Below are positions 20,601 through 30,504 of a stretch of DNA of 64,000 bases, piece after piece. The DNA is from Bacteroidales bacterium (lineage in GTDB: Bacteria > Bacteroidota > Bacteroidia > Bacteroidales > GCA-2748055): NCBI GenBank assembly GCA_030589895.1, contig JAUUZQ010000006.1, positions 898 through 64,897 of the forward strand, in the 5' to 3' direction. Under the pieces are notes generated by a model. The model was not told where the DNA came from and did not search any database. It saw only the letters and a list, made by a program, of their open reading frames with translations. The position numbers were made by a program, and so were the translations under genes. Position 1 is the stretch's first letter. The number at the start of each line of letters is the position of its first letter.

Positions 20601-20740
20601 CAACCTAATTCGCCAATCCCAAGATCATCGCACATAATATAAATTACGTTTGGCTTGTCTTGTCCACATAGCAATGCAGTTACTTTGCCAAGTAATACTA
20701 TGGCAAGAAATATTTTTCGGATAAATTGGTAATGTTTCAA
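17636..20740 (-). CDS. Multimodular sulfatase with Ig/Fn3-like, LamG and T9SS C-terminal domains
   Basis: CAPTRNVLMTG; 'FTFCAWIKP..WTHVAIT..GLMDEV' LamG; 'VRLYPIPTT...GSYVI' CTD. Confidence 0.9.
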   Translation of the reverse strand: MKHYQFIRKIFLAIVLLGKVTALLCGQDKPNVIYIMCDDLGIGELGCYGQSLIKTPSIDKLASEGMLFTQHYSGSSVCAPTRNVLMTGMHTGHTYIRSNWASNNYDKPIPNETFTVAEMFKNAGYTTACIGKWGLGGPGTSGDPNYQGFDHFFGYLGQVQAHEYYPDHLWRNNTQVQLNNLTGENDYSHDFLTDEALWFIDQHKDSAFFLYIPYTIPHTKFQVPDLGEYASMEGWTIEQKTHAAMISRMDADVGRIIDSLKYYNIDENTLVIFTSDNGAHGLGGTINLFDGNGEYRGIKRDLYEGGIRAPHIAWWPGTIKPNTISDHISAFWDFLPTCCELLGEEIPENIDGISFLPTIWPDKPLQHEQEVHKFLYWEIHESGKRTQAIRLGDWKAVRLNVNINMDGPIELYNLINDVSETNDLASDYPDLTEKMNFLMLTSRTQHTYFNFQHPTDIQLSELLLSAGNSKAVVAPGDTLQLSVDLLPANAFNREIILTIQDVTPGINAEITEFGELIAGDSIGFIDVIITSGSNQDITSTLRVEITNELLVETLETIYLSSSSVKTQGKILVHGGEAIIERGFVYAYNENPTLDNIIVPADIEEKYFSSTILNLTPGQLYYIRAYAKTSSKIVYGEQRSIKTEAIDFLDLYSNLLFYYPFENSFYDGSENDNNPKSINGDPLFEQDGKFGTCLSFDAEDDYLITEQSLINPGTDMFTFCAWIKPSSDDQLRIIFQQESVDGNGRSILYLNNKKFGTYLSGQGYSSSNSYQLDEWTHVAITGDPQTNTIQFFVNGKAEPPITNVFIEESSGEINIGRLKIAQSEDRKWDGLMDEVMLFKTALTQLEVLEIMESHIHDEKSGNDIISFALNDVIHANISEEPATIHFILSEGMDITNVKTTIYPSKMATVYPVSGELMNFADNVIYTVTAHNGTKKEYTVSGSVSSIDNSLSENSVRLYPIPTTNYITLEFENYDLSSEIKVVIIKLTGEKVFENSYQMDSNVTIPFNLPPGSYVISLHNGSSIIAHQKLIINQRM

Positions 20741-20815
20741 ATGGATTGATATATCTGTTTCATCAATCGCAGGAATACGATCCCTTTTTTCAATAACAAC
20801 GCAGATCAGGGCTTT

Positions 20816-21214
20816 TTATTCAATACCCATCTCCTCAAGTTTCTTCTCAGCTTTTGCAGTGATTTCATCAAATCTTTTCTGATGCTTTTCTTTGGAGGCA
20901 CAATAGGAAAGCTTACCGCTCCACTCGGTCATCCAGTTCATACCCTCTTCAGCCAGTGTTGAATATTCTTGCAAGAGGGTGGCATCCATTGGATTCTTCA
21001 TAAATTTATCGATCATTTCAATGTAATTATCCATCCACTCTTCATAACGGTCGATAAATTCATCACAATTTTTTGCGTCACTTAAATCTGTGTCCTTAAG
21101 CGTCTCTTCAGTTAAGTCATTAGATTTTTCTGCAGATTTATCTTTGGGCTGACTATTTCCACAAGATGTAAGTAACAATACGGATACCAGGAGAATTGAC
21201 AGGGTAGTTTTCAT
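20816..21214 (-). CDS. Lipoprotein (DUF6591-like helical domain)
   Basis: LLTSC lipobox; 'CDEFIDRYEEWMDNY'. Confidence 0.7.
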   Translation of the reverse strand: MKTTLSILLVSVLLLTSCGNSQPKDKSAEKSNDLTEETLKDTDLSDAKNCDEFIDRYEEWMDNYIEMIDKFMKNPMDATLLQEYSTLAEEGMNWMTEWSGKLSYCASKEKHQKRFDEITAKAEKKLEEMGIE

Positions 21215-21347
21215 GATGTTTGGTTTTATTAATGTATTGAGTGAAGGTAATAATAATGGTGGATAATTGAAAACAATAAGCATCAGGGCTCTAATGCAAA
21301 GATTGTAAATGGCTCTGAGTAGTGGTTTTACTGCTAAGTTAAATTGA

Positions 21348-22163
21348 TTACCAGCTTTTCTCTTGAAATGCTTTCTGAATTTCTCTGGTCACACTGCCTG
21401 GATTTCCATTTCCAATTATTCTTCCATCTACAGAAACTACGGGCGTAATATCTCTGGATGTGCTGGTGATGAACATTTCATCAAAATCAGAGAGACGATC
21501 GAAGGGGATATCTTCCACATTAATATTTCCAATCATGCCAAGCACCTGTTTCCGTGTGATCCCAAGCAAAATATTGTTGGCAGGAGTGTAGATACTGCCT
21601 TCTTTTACGAAAAACACATTGGCCCGGGAGGTTTCCGAAATCATACTGTTGTGATATAAGACATCAACGGCATCAGATTTTTGAAGTCTTCCATTCAGAC
21701 TCAGTAAATTAAAATAATTCAGTGTTTTTACCTCTGGATTGGGTCGTTCAAACTCATAGCTGATCAGTTTCACTCCCTCTACAAAAGTCTCTGTTGCAGG
21801 GCTATGCCACGGTACATTGAGTATGACAAGGTTTTCCTGTCCGTTAACAGTTTCCAGGTTGTCTGAATATCCCCCGGTGACAATCATCTTAAATGCTCCA
21901 TTATCAGATTTGTTTCTTTTCTGAAGATCGTAAATAATAGAGATTAAATCCTGTCTTGTGAGCGTAATATCTATATTAGAAAGCTGAAGCGAATTGAACA
22001 ATCTATCAATATAGTCATCTAACCAGGGGATACTGCCCTTCCTGCAACGAAAAAAATCAAATACTCCATATCCTCTCTGGATCAGCAGGTCGGAGATATG
22101 AAGATTGCAATCATTGTATTGTATTATTTCGCCATTGAAATAGCAGTAATTCATTGTATTCAT
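21348..22163 (-). CDS. Aminotransferase class IV (PLP-dependent)
   Basis: RGYGVFDFFR, KTLNY, ILLGITR, FITSTSR. Confidence 0.92.
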   Translation of the reverse strand: MNTMNYCYFNGEIIQYNDCNLHISDLLIQRGYGVFDFFRCRKGSIPWLDDYIDRLFNSLQLSNIDITLTRQDLISIIYDLQKRNKSDNGAFKMIVTGGYSDNLETVNGQENLVILNVPWHSPATETFVEGVKLISYEFERPNPEVKTLNYFNLLSLNGRLQKSDAVDVLYHNSMISETSRANVFFVKEGSIYTPANNILLGITRKQVLGMIGNINVEDIPFDRLSDFDEMFITSTSRDITPVVSVDGRIIGNGNPGSVTREIQKAFQEKSW

Positions 22164-22503
22164 AGGGCGATTGATTCGAGATTTCGGTTTGGGTAAAAAT
22201 TCATTAGCGCAATATCGGCAGATTCTTTGTAATTAAAATATGGTTTTCTACTTTTTCTTCCTGCGCGCTTCTATAGCAAGCTGTGGATTGGCATAGTCAC
22301 CACATTACATGTAAATGCGACTAAGCAACACTGGTAAAAACAAAATTCACAATAAAAAACATCACCTAAATATTGACATTAATATTTTATTAATCATAAT
22401 TTAATACTTGTAGACTATTTTTGATTTTGTTTAATATGAGCTATGTAAAAACATATTATTTCCAAGTGTTGAAATTTTAATCTAAACTAATAAATAGAGT
22501 ATT

Positions 22504-25287
22504 ATGAAAAAAGGATTTTTACTATTTGCATTATTAATTTATGCATCTGGGCTTGTAGCTCAGACGAATGTTTTGGAATTTATGGATGGAGATTTCGTGA
22601 GTGGAAATTTTGATCAATGGAGGTATGATGAAGAAGATCTTAGCACAGGTACTGCTACTATCTCTGAAGATGCTTATAGAGGTAACTACGCAATTGAAAT
22701 AGTTTGGAAAGATGATACTCCTGACCTTGCTGACGATAAATTAAGATTTGACCATGGACCAAATATGTACTATGGTTGTAAAGGCAACACACAGTATGTA
22801 TTTAAATCGGCTGCAAAAGCTACTTCAGGGACTGCTATCTTAAAATTATTTGTAAAATATTGGTCTGCTGATTGGGGAACCAGTGGAGAACTAACAGAAA
22901 CTACATGGTTGTTAACTGATTCGTATGTAGAACATGAATGGGCATTTACTATACCTGCAGAAATAGATGGAGGCCAGTTCTTCATTGGATATCAATTATT
23001 AAATACAGATGGCTCAAGATGGCCTGTTGGAGATGTAACAACTTTAATTGATGAGATAGAGGTGTGGGAAACTGCTGTTCCTGTAAGTGGTGGTGCACCG
23101 ATATGGAATCCTGCAGCGAATAGTTCCAGTACAGGATTATGGAATGAGTCTGCTAATTGGTCAGATGGAAGAGTGCCACATAATAACAAAGCTACTTTTA
23201 AAGTACCTGGCTCACAAGAGTGTGTACTTAAGGATTCTCGATATGTATCTCAAATTGCAATTGGTGATGGAGACGATGGAGGAACGCTTCGTGTAGCTGA
23301 TGGCGGCACTCTGAATACAACAGCATCATGGTCAGTAATTAGTTGGGATGCTCCTGGTACAATGATTGTTGATGCTGGTGGCACTGTGAATTTCGCTGAA
23401 AGAATGCTTTTAGGATACATGCCAACTGGTGATGGGATCGTTATATTAAATGGCGGTACAATTAATGTTCCGGCAAAAACTGAACTTGGAACGAACGGCA
23501 AAGGTACTCTTTATGTAAACAGTGGCGTTCTTAATCTTGCTAATATCGACCCAACACTGTCAATTAAAGATGGTTCATTAATAGATATTTCAGGTGGTGA
23601 AATTAATGTCGGAGGAAACCATACTGCTGAGATTGACACATATGTTGCAGCAAGTAAGATAATTGCCAAAGGAGGTGATAATTTTGTTTCAGTAGTTTAT
23701 GATGCAGATAATGACAAAACAGTGGTTACAGTTGGCCTTCTTATACCACCTAAAGTTGAAGTTAACATCTTTGAGGGAGAAAATGGTGGCTTCGAAACCG
23801 GAGATGCAACAAATTGGCAATCTAGAAATGCGACTGTAGTACTTACTGTTAAATCAGATGATGTATCCGAAGGAAGCTATGCAATGGAATTGTCAAATTT
23901 AACAGCAGGAGCTAATGGAGACGGATTAGACAACCGTGGACATCGTGTAGCCGTTACAGCCGGACAAACATATACACTCAGGTTAATGGCGAAGTCTAAT
24001 AGTGCGGGTGTAGGGGTATTATCCTATATAACTTATTATAATGCTTCCGGTGATATGATAGATGGAGAAGGTTTTAAAAACAATGGTGGATGGGATACGT
24101 TTGTTCTAAGCACTACTTATCAGGAATTTGAATATATCAGAACTGCTCCAGCTGATGCTGTAGACGTAGGAGTTGGCTTTATGACCTGGTCGAATGTACC
24201 TGCAGATTGCATCATATTAACAGACGATTGGAGATTTACTTATGAACGTGATGCTGCTGTGGATGCAACATTGAGTGACCTGGCTGTGGATGGTACTACA
24301 ATTGATGTATTTGATGCTGCTACCACAGAATATAATATCGAGCTTCCATATGGAGCTCCAAATCCAACAGTTACAGCAAGTACAACTGATGTTAATGCAA
24401 CTTCTGTTGTTACTGATGTTACGGGTCTGCCAGGAGATGCAACGGTTGTTGTTACTGCTGAAGATGAGATCAATACCAGTACTTATACTATCCACTTTAC
24501 AGTTGCTGCCCCAAATGATGATGCAACATTAAGTGACCTGGCTGTAGATGGTACTACAATTGATGTATTTGATGCTGCCACCCTGGTTTATAATATTGAG
24601 CTCGCAGTCGGGACAACTGATCTGCCAACTGTTACGGCAACCATTACTGATGTCAATGCATCTGTTGTTGTTACCAATGTTACCAGTCTGCCGGGAGATG
24701 CAACTGCTGTTGTTACTGCTGAAGACGAAACCACTACCAGTACATATACTATCCACTTCACAGTTGCTGCCTTAAATGATGATGCAACATTAAATGATCT
24801 GGCTGTTGATGGTACTACAATTGATGTATTTGATGCTGCCACCTTGGTTTATAATGTTGAGCTCGCAGCAGGGACAACTGATCTGCCAACTGTTACGGCA
24901 ACCACTACTGATGTCAATGCATCTGTTGTTGTTACCAATGTTACCAGTCTGCCGGGAGACGCAACGGTTGTTGTTACTGCTGAAGACGAAATTGTAAGCA
25001 GTACTTATACCGTACACTTTACTGTTGCAGTTGGAATATCTGACAATGATGTAATTGTAAGTTGTGTTTATCCAAATCCGACAAACGGAGAGATAAATAT
25101 CAGCTTAAATTCAGATATTAAAAATGCAAAGCTGGCGTTATTCAATATAACCGGGAAGACCGTATTTACAAGCACTATACATGATTCCGAAACATCTATA
25201 GATCTTTCAGAGTATGGAAGTGGCATCTACTTCCTGAAAATTGAAGCCGATAACAAGATTTATAATCAGAAAGTAGTACTTAAGTAA
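22504..25287 (+). CDS. T9SS-secreted non-catalytic surface protein (two CBM4-like modules, beta-helix, three cadherin-like repeats)
   Basis: NGGFETG; Gly-rich beta-strand repeats; 3x DATLSDLAVDG; YPNPT...GIYFLKI CTD. Confidence 0.85.
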   Translation: MKKGFLLFALLIYASGLVAQTNVLEFMDGDFVSGNFDQWRYDEEDLSTGTATISEDAYRGNYAIEIVWKDDTPDLADDKLRFDHGPNMYYGCKGNTQYVFKSAAKATSGTAILKLFVKYWSADWGTSGELTETTWLLTDSYVEHEWAFTIPAEIDGGQFFIGYQLLNTDGSRWPVGDVTTLIDEIEVWETAVPVSGGAPIWNPAANSSSTGLWNESANWSDGRVPHNNKATFKVPGSQECVLKDSRYVSQIAIGDGDDGGTLRVADGGTLNTTASWSVISWDAPGTMIVDAGGTVNFAERMLLGYMPTGDGIVILNGGTINVPAKTELGTNGKGTLYVNSGVLNLANIDPTLSIKDGSLIDISGGEINVGGNHTAEIDTYVAASKIIAKGGDNFVSVVYDADNDKTVVTVGLLIPPKVEVNIFEGENGGFETGDATNWQSRNATVVLTVKSDDVSEGSYAMELSNLTAGANGDGLDNRGHRVAVTAGQTYTLRLMAKSNSAGVGVLSYITYYNASGDMIDGEGFKNNGGWDTFVLSTTYQEFEYIRTAPADAVDVGVGFMTWSNVPADCIILTDDWRFTYERDAAVDATLSDLAVDGTTIDVFDAATTEYNIELPYGAPNPTVTASTTDVNATSVVTDVTGLPGDATVVVTAEDEINTSTYTIHFTVAAPNDDATLSDLAVDGTTIDVFDAATLVYNIELAVGTTDLPTVTATITDVNASVVVTNVTSLPGDATAVVTAEDETTTSTYTIHFTVAALNDDATLNDLAVDGTTIDVFDAATLVYNVELAAGTTDLPTVTATTTDVNASVVVTNVTSLPGDATVVVTAEDEIVSSTYTVHFTVAVGISDNDVIVSCVYPNPTNGEINISLNSDIKNAKLALFNITGKTVFTSTIHDSETSIDLSEYGSGIYFLKIEADNKIYNQKVVLK
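24262..25029 (+). repeat. Three intragenic tandem repeats of about 260 bp
   Basis: Units start at 24262, 24520 and 24781 with high DNA identity. Confidence 0.9.
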
Positions 25288-25304
25288 GAATTGATATGAA
25301 CGGC

Positions 25305-25339
25305 AAAGGGGCTATCACAGGAGTGATAGCCCCTTTTTT
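25305..25339 (+). terminator. Intrinsic terminator
   Basis: AAAGGGGCTATCAC-AGGA-GTGATAGCCCCTTTTTT. Confidence 0.9.
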
Positions 25340-25600
25340 GACGCAGTTAATAAAGTAGATATTCCGAGTATTGCTTTCCTGATCTGTTAACAATGTCTTT
25401 TTAAATTACTTTCCAATTTTCAGGAAAAGGCTACATTGTATGAAGGTTTTCTTAACTAAAAAAAGTGTATCTCCTTAATTTACTTCGATAGAATAAGAGC
25501 TTACATATAGATTATTTACTTTTCTTGTTTTTTGACTTTTCAAAACACTTGCTAACATTGCAACTCCCTGTTCCGTAAATGCAAATGCAGCTTGAGTCTA

Positions 25601-25644
25601 TTTGGAACGTTTGAATCCTATTTTTGGGATGGATTAATATGTTC
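25601..25644 (+). promoter_or_regulatory. Putative HTCS operator, copy 1
   Basis: TTGGAAC (25602) and TTGGGAT (25624), 22-bp period; near-identical to 49552-49595. Confidence 0.7.
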
Positions 25645-25745
25645 TATATGCTCCAAATAAAATATCTTGCCATAGATTTGCAAGTGGAATCACCTAGTGA
25701 GAAACAATTGCAAGTCGAAATCGAAAAAACTAGTAACTAATCTTA

Positions 25746-27383
25746 ATGAAATCGATGAAATATCGCTCACCAGTCAAACTGTCACAGGGGCTTGCCCTAT
25801 ACCTTGTCTTCTCTTTCTTTATCACTTCATGCGCAACTGGCAAGAAAGATGGGGATGACTCCGAAAGATCTTCTACTTCACCTAATATCATACTGATCCT
25901 TGCAGATGATATGGGGTATTCAGACCTCGGGTGCTATGGTGGTGAAATAAATACACCCAACCTGGATCAGCTGGCGGCAGAAGGTGTGCGCTTTACCCAG
26001 TTCTACAATGCGGCGCGCTGTTGTCCGACAAGGGCGTCTCTGATCACTGGTCTCTATCCACACCAGGCAGGAATGGGGGGTATGATAAATGATCCGGCAA
26101 CTACTCCTGAGGGTCCTTACCAAGGATATCTCAGTAAAAACTCGGTAACAATTGCAGAGGTGTTGAAAGAGGTAAACTATTATACAGCTTCTTCGGGCAA
26201 ATGGCACGTGGGTGAGGAACGACCATACTGGCCAACAGATCGTGGATTTGATAATTACTATGGACTGATCAGCGGAGCGGCGAATTATTTCGATATCTCC
26301 CGGACCAAACGAGAAGGCCTTAAACGCCATTTTGCGATCGACAGCATGGAGTATATGCCGCCGAAAGAAGATTTTTATATGACGGATGCGATCACAGAAA
26401 ATGCAGTGAAGTTTCTTAAAGTGGCGGATACAAAGGAGCAGCCTTTCTTCCTCTACCTGGCATATACTGCCCCGCATTGGCCCTTGCATGCGAAGCAGGA
26501 GGATATTGATAAGTACCTTGGAAAGTACATGACAGGATGGGATGTGCTGAGAAAGGAGCGCTATGAGCGCATGATAGAAATGGGACTGATCGATGAGAGC
26601 TGGGCACTGAGTGAGAGGGATGCGCAGGTGACCCCCTGGGAAGAGCTTGATGATGAACAGAAGGAGCGAATGGATTTGCTGATGGCAATCTATGCGGCGC
26701 AGGTGGACTGCCTCGACCAAGGAATCGGCAAGGTAATGGAGCAGCTGGAAGCGATGGGCGAAAAAGAGAATACGATTGTGATGTTTCTGTCAGATAATGG
26801 TGGCAGCGAGGAAACAGGTCCCTTCGGACAGGACTTCTGGGGGAACTTCTGGGACGGTGATGCGAGACCTGGTTCGGGAGATTCCTACCACAGCTACGGT
26901 GGATCATGGGCTAACCTTAGCAATACACCATTCAGGTACTATAAGAAACGGACCCATGAAGGTGGTATTGCCACTCCATTCATTGTCAGCTGGCCGGAGC
27001 AGGTAAAACAACAAGGTGAATTGATCCATCAGCCAGGACACATCATCGATATCATGGCTACAATCTGTGAGCTAACGGGTGCAGTATATCCGGATACCTA
27101 TAATTACAATAATATCATAGCACTCCCTGGCACATCCTTTGCCTCAGCCTTGAAAGGGGAAGGGGTAGAGCGTGAAGAGCCTCTCTTCTGGGAGCATATT
27201 GGCAACAGGGCAATACGGGAAGGAGACTGGAAACTGGTGGCGCAAGAAGGAGAGGAGTGGGAGCTGTTTAACCTGGCTGCGGATCGCTCTGAAACGAATA
27301 ATCTGGTGGAAAGTGAAGCAGAAAAGGCTGAGCATTTGCTTGGGTTGTATCAGGAATGGGCTGCTGATGTTGGGGTAAAATAG
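25746..27383 (+). CDS. Arylsulfatase (S1, Cys-type), probable lipoprotein
   Basis: LADDMG, CCPTRASLITG, GKWH. Confidence 0.95.
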   Translation: MKSMKYRSPVKLSQGLALYLVFSFFITSCATGKKDGDDSERSSTSPNIILILADDMGYSDLGCYGGEINTPNLDQLAAEGVRFTQFYNAARCCPTRASLITGLYPHQAGMGGMINDPATTPEGPYQGYLSKNSVTIAEVLKEVNYYTASSGKWHVGEERPYWPTDRGFDNYYGLISGAANYFDISRTKREGLKRHFAIDSMEYMPPKEDFYMTDAITENAVKFLKVADTKEQPFFLYLAYTAPHWPLHAKQEDIDKYLGKYMTGWDVLRKERYERMIEMGLIDESWALSERDAQVTPWEELDDEQKERMDLLMAIYAAQVDCLDQGIGKVMEQLEAMGEKENTIVMFLSDNGGSEETGPFGQDFWGNFWDGDARPGSGDSYHSYGGSWANLSNTPFRYYKKRTHEGGIATPFIVSWPEQVKQQGELIHQPGHIIDIMATICELTGAVYPDTYNYNNIIALPGTSFASALKGEGVEREEPLFWEHIGNRAIREGDWKLVAQEGEEWELFNLAADRSETNNLVESEAEKAEHLLGLYQEWAADVGVK

Positions 27384-27453
27384 CTCGCATGCGAATGAGA
27401 TGATACTTGAATCATCTAAGATTTTATACTACTAAACTAAAAGTCATAAAACT

Positions 27454-30400
27454 ATGAAAAAGCTCTTCTTGCTTTTGATGTTCATTCTCTGCATAGCAAC
27501 GCTGAATGCTCAGAATCAACAAAAAACGATCACTGGAACTGTACTCGACACAGAGGGTATGGAAATGATCGGGGTATCTGTAATGGTTAAAGGAACTGTT
27601 ATCGGTGAGATAACAGATTTCGAAGGAAAATACAGCATTACGGTTCCGGGCGATGCTGAAATCCTTGCCTTTTCCTATATTGGCTACGTACCGCAAAACA
27701 TTCCAATTGGAAACAATACAGTCATTGACGTAACCCTCGAATCGGACTTGCTCGGATTGGAGGAGGTTGTTGTGATTGGTTATGGCTCTGTGAAGAAAAG
27801 AGACCTTACAGGGTCGGTGGGAAGCGTTGCCTCAGAAAGGTTGACACAGCGTGGTAGTACAGCAGCTGCGGAAGCCCTGCAAGGTCAGATCGCTGGTGTG
27901 AATATATCGAGATCATCAGGTCGTTCCGACGTGGGCTTCGATATTACGATCAGGGGTAAAAACTCCATCGGTGGAGGATCGCCATTGTTTGTTGTTGACG
28001 GACTTGTTGTTGAGAACATTGATTTTCTGAATCCGAATGATATTGCAAGGATGGATGTATTGAAAGATGCTTCATCCACTGCCATCTACGGATCCAGAGG
28101 TTCAAACGGTGTGGTGATCATCACTACGAAGGGTGCAGGTGAGACAAGAGAAAGGATCTCTGTGAGTTATGATGGATATTATGGTGTAAGGACTCCTGCA
28201 CACAAACCAAATATGATGGATGCAACAGAGTGGCTAAACTATCGGATCGCAGGTGCTCAGGGCAACGACACCGAGCCCTTCTCAGGAGATGTATTTGGAG
28301 GCTCCAACCAGGTAGTACCGGTAACAGGAGAAGACTGGGACCGTGAAATTGAGCGACGCATCCTGGCCGGCGAGACCTATGACTGGCCGGACGAGTTTAT
28401 GGAGAACGGGTTTCGTACCAACCATTATATTGCATTGAAAGGCACCTCTGGAAATACCTCTTTCTCAATGACCGCAGGCTACCAGAAAGAGAAAGGCTTT
28501 ATCGAAAAGGATTATATGGATAAGTATAGTTTCAGTCTGGACTTGAACCATAAATTGAATGATAAATGGACGCTCGGCGGACAATTCCGCATGGGCTTCA
28601 GGGAGACAGAGGTTGCAGGCGGTAAGAGTATATTGAACTACTACAGGATGCCTCCCATCGCCCTGGCTAAGGATCCGACTGGATGGCTTTACGAAGCTGA
28701 TGGACTGACGATCAATCCTGCACGTATGCTAACCGGATCAGGGAATCCACTTCTTGATCAGAAATATTCCAATAACCAGGACAGGGACCTTGACCTGATC
28801 GGACGCATCTTTTTTGACTTTAAGCCCGTAGACTGGTTGAGTTTCCGCACAGAGATACTGCCGAGGTTTGCGATGGCCCGTGATGCTTCATGGAAGGGAC
28901 TCTGGGCTGACGGTGTTGGCGTGCCTGAAAAAACAAGTGCCGAAGCGTATAATTCACACAGGATCAACGTGACATGGGACAACCGAGTTGTTGCTCGAAA
29001 ATCTTTCGGGAAACACACCATCCAGGGAACAGGACTCTTTAGTATTTACGACTACCAGCAGGAATCATTCTCCTTTGAGGTTATGAATCTTCCCCAAAGT
29101 ACTTCCTTTTATAATATGGGAGCAGCAGCGGACCGCGTCGTCAGTGAGAGTAGTTATACCATGAACAGACTGGTATCCTATATGGCCAGGTTTAATTACG
29201 ACTATGCACAAAAATACCTCTTAACACTATCCATGCGTTATGATGGCTCTTCAAAATTGGGAGATGGTTACAAATGGGCCTCTTTCCCATCTGCAGCTAT
29301 TGCATGGAGGATATCTGAAGAAGACTTCCTGAAAAATGTTGCAGCCATTTCTACACTTAAAATGCGACTTAGCTATGGCTACACCGGGAACAATAATATT
29401 TCCTCCTTCCAGTCGTCCGTTAGTGCCAATTCACTTTACTACTACGATTTCGGAGGTGTAATCTCCAATGGTATTGGTCCCTCCGGAATTGCGAACAGGG
29501 CACTGACCTGGGAAAGAACCTCGGAATTAAACTTTGGACTCGATTATGGCTTCCTGAAGGGCCGCATCTCAGGTACGGTCGATCTCTACTCGAAGCTATC
29601 GGATAACCTGCTGCTCGACCGAAAATTACCAATTCCCATGGGATGGGATATTATGGTGGATAATATCGGATCCGTTAGTAATAAAGGAATTGAACTATCC
29701 CTCCGAACCATTAACGTGAAGAGGCAAAACTTCTCATGGGAAACTGCTTTTATCTTTGCCAGGAACGTGAATGCAGTAGTTGAAACAAATCTTGGCGCTG
29801 TAGACGATGTTGTCAACGGGCTATTTATCGGTCAGCCTGTTAATGTACATTATAACTATGTGTTTGATGGAATATGGCAGCTTGACGAGATCGAGGAAGC
29901 TGCACTCTGGGGACGTGAACCCGGAAGCGTAAAGATCAAGGATCTTAGCGGACCGGATGGCGTTCCTGATGGCAAGATTGATGCCCAGTATGACAGGGCG
30001 GTTATCGGGTCTCCAATACCAGATTATACAGCGAGTCTATTTATGCAAATAACCTTCTGGAATTTCGACCTGTCAGCATCCATCTATACGGAGCAAGGTA
30101 TTATGAAGAAAAGCACCTTCTTTAATGACCTGATCTACAGTAACAGGAATACCATTGTATACGATTACTGGACAACGACGAATCCGTCGAATACTGCACC
30201 AAGTGCATCCGGGACCTTTACTAGTGACGATATTTATTGGGGAAGAAAAGGAGCGCAGCTACAGAACTACAGAAATACTTCCTATACAAGACTTCAGAAT
30301 GTGACCCTGGGATACACACTCCCTGCCAATGTTTCGAAGGCTGTGAATATTTCGAGGCTGAGAATATATGCCAATGTTACAAATCCGATCCTGATCTCGC

Positions 30401-30495
30401 CTTTTGAAGGTCATGACCCGGAGTTTGGAGACAAAGGCGCCAACGACGGCCCAAGTTTTATTACCTATCAGGTAGGTGTAAATGTTAATTTTTAA
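27454..30495 (+). CDS. susC: SusC/RagA TonB-dependent transporter
   Basis: VVVIGYG, LKDASSTAIYGSRGSNGVVIITTK, C-terminal GVNVNF. Confidence 0.97.
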   Translation: MKKLFLLLMFILCIATLNAQNQQKTITGTVLDTEGMEMIGVSVMVKGTVIGEITDFEGKYSITVPGDAEILAFSYIGYVPQNIPIGNNTVIDVTLESDLLGLEEVVVIGYGSVKKRDLTGSVGSVASERLTQRGSTAAAEALQGQIAGVNISRSSGRSDVGFDITIRGKNSIGGGSPLFVVDGLVVENIDFLNPNDIARMDVLKDASSTAIYGSRGSNGVVIITTKGAGETRERISVSYDGYYGVRTPAHKPNMMDATEWLNYRIAGAQGNDTEPFSGDVFGGSNQVVPVTGEDWDREIERRILAGETYDWPDEFMENGFRTNHYIALKGTSGNTSFSMTAGYQKEKGFIEKDYMDKYSFSLDLNHKLNDKWTLGGQFRMGFRETEVAGGKSILNYYRMPPIALAKDPTGWLYEADGLTINPARMLTGSGNPLLDQKYSNNQDRDLDLIGRIFFDFKPVDWLSFRTEILPRFAMARDASWKGLWADGVGVPEKTSAEAYNSHRINVTWDNRVVARKSFGKHTIQGTGLFSIYDYQQESFSFEVMNLPQSTSFYNMGAAADRVVSESSYTMNRLVSYMARFNYDYAQKYLLTLSMRYDGSSKLGDGYKWASFPSAAIAWRISEEDFLKNVAAISTLKMRLSYGYTGNNNISSFQSSVSANSLYYYDFGGVISNGIGPSGIANRALTWERTSELNFGLDYGFLKGRISGTVDLYSKLSDNLLLDRKLPIPMGWDIMVDNIGSVSNKGIELSLRTINVKRQNFSWETAFIFARNVNAVVETNLGAVDDVVNGLFIGQPVNVHYNYVFDGIWQLDEIEEAALWGREPGSVKIKDLSGPDGVPDGKIDAQYDRAVIGSPIPDYTASLFMQITFWNFDLSASIYTEQGIMKKSTFFNDLIYSNRNTIVYDYWTTTNPSNTAPSASGTFTSDDIYWGRKGAQLQNYRNTSYTRLQNVTLGYTLPANVSKAVNISRLRIYANVTNPILISPFEGHDPEFGDKGANDGPSFITYQVGVNVNF

Positions 30496-30504
30496 ATCAT
30501 TAAG

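Noticed and set aside
24262-25029. Long direct repeats as a possible CRISPR array or mobile repeat
   Set aside because: They are in-frame 86-87-aa protein domain repeats with no spacers.
25920-26907. Long antisense ORFs (266 and 163 aa) over the arylsulfatase
   Set aside because: Shadow ORFs of a relatively GC-rich gene; no recognisable motifs.
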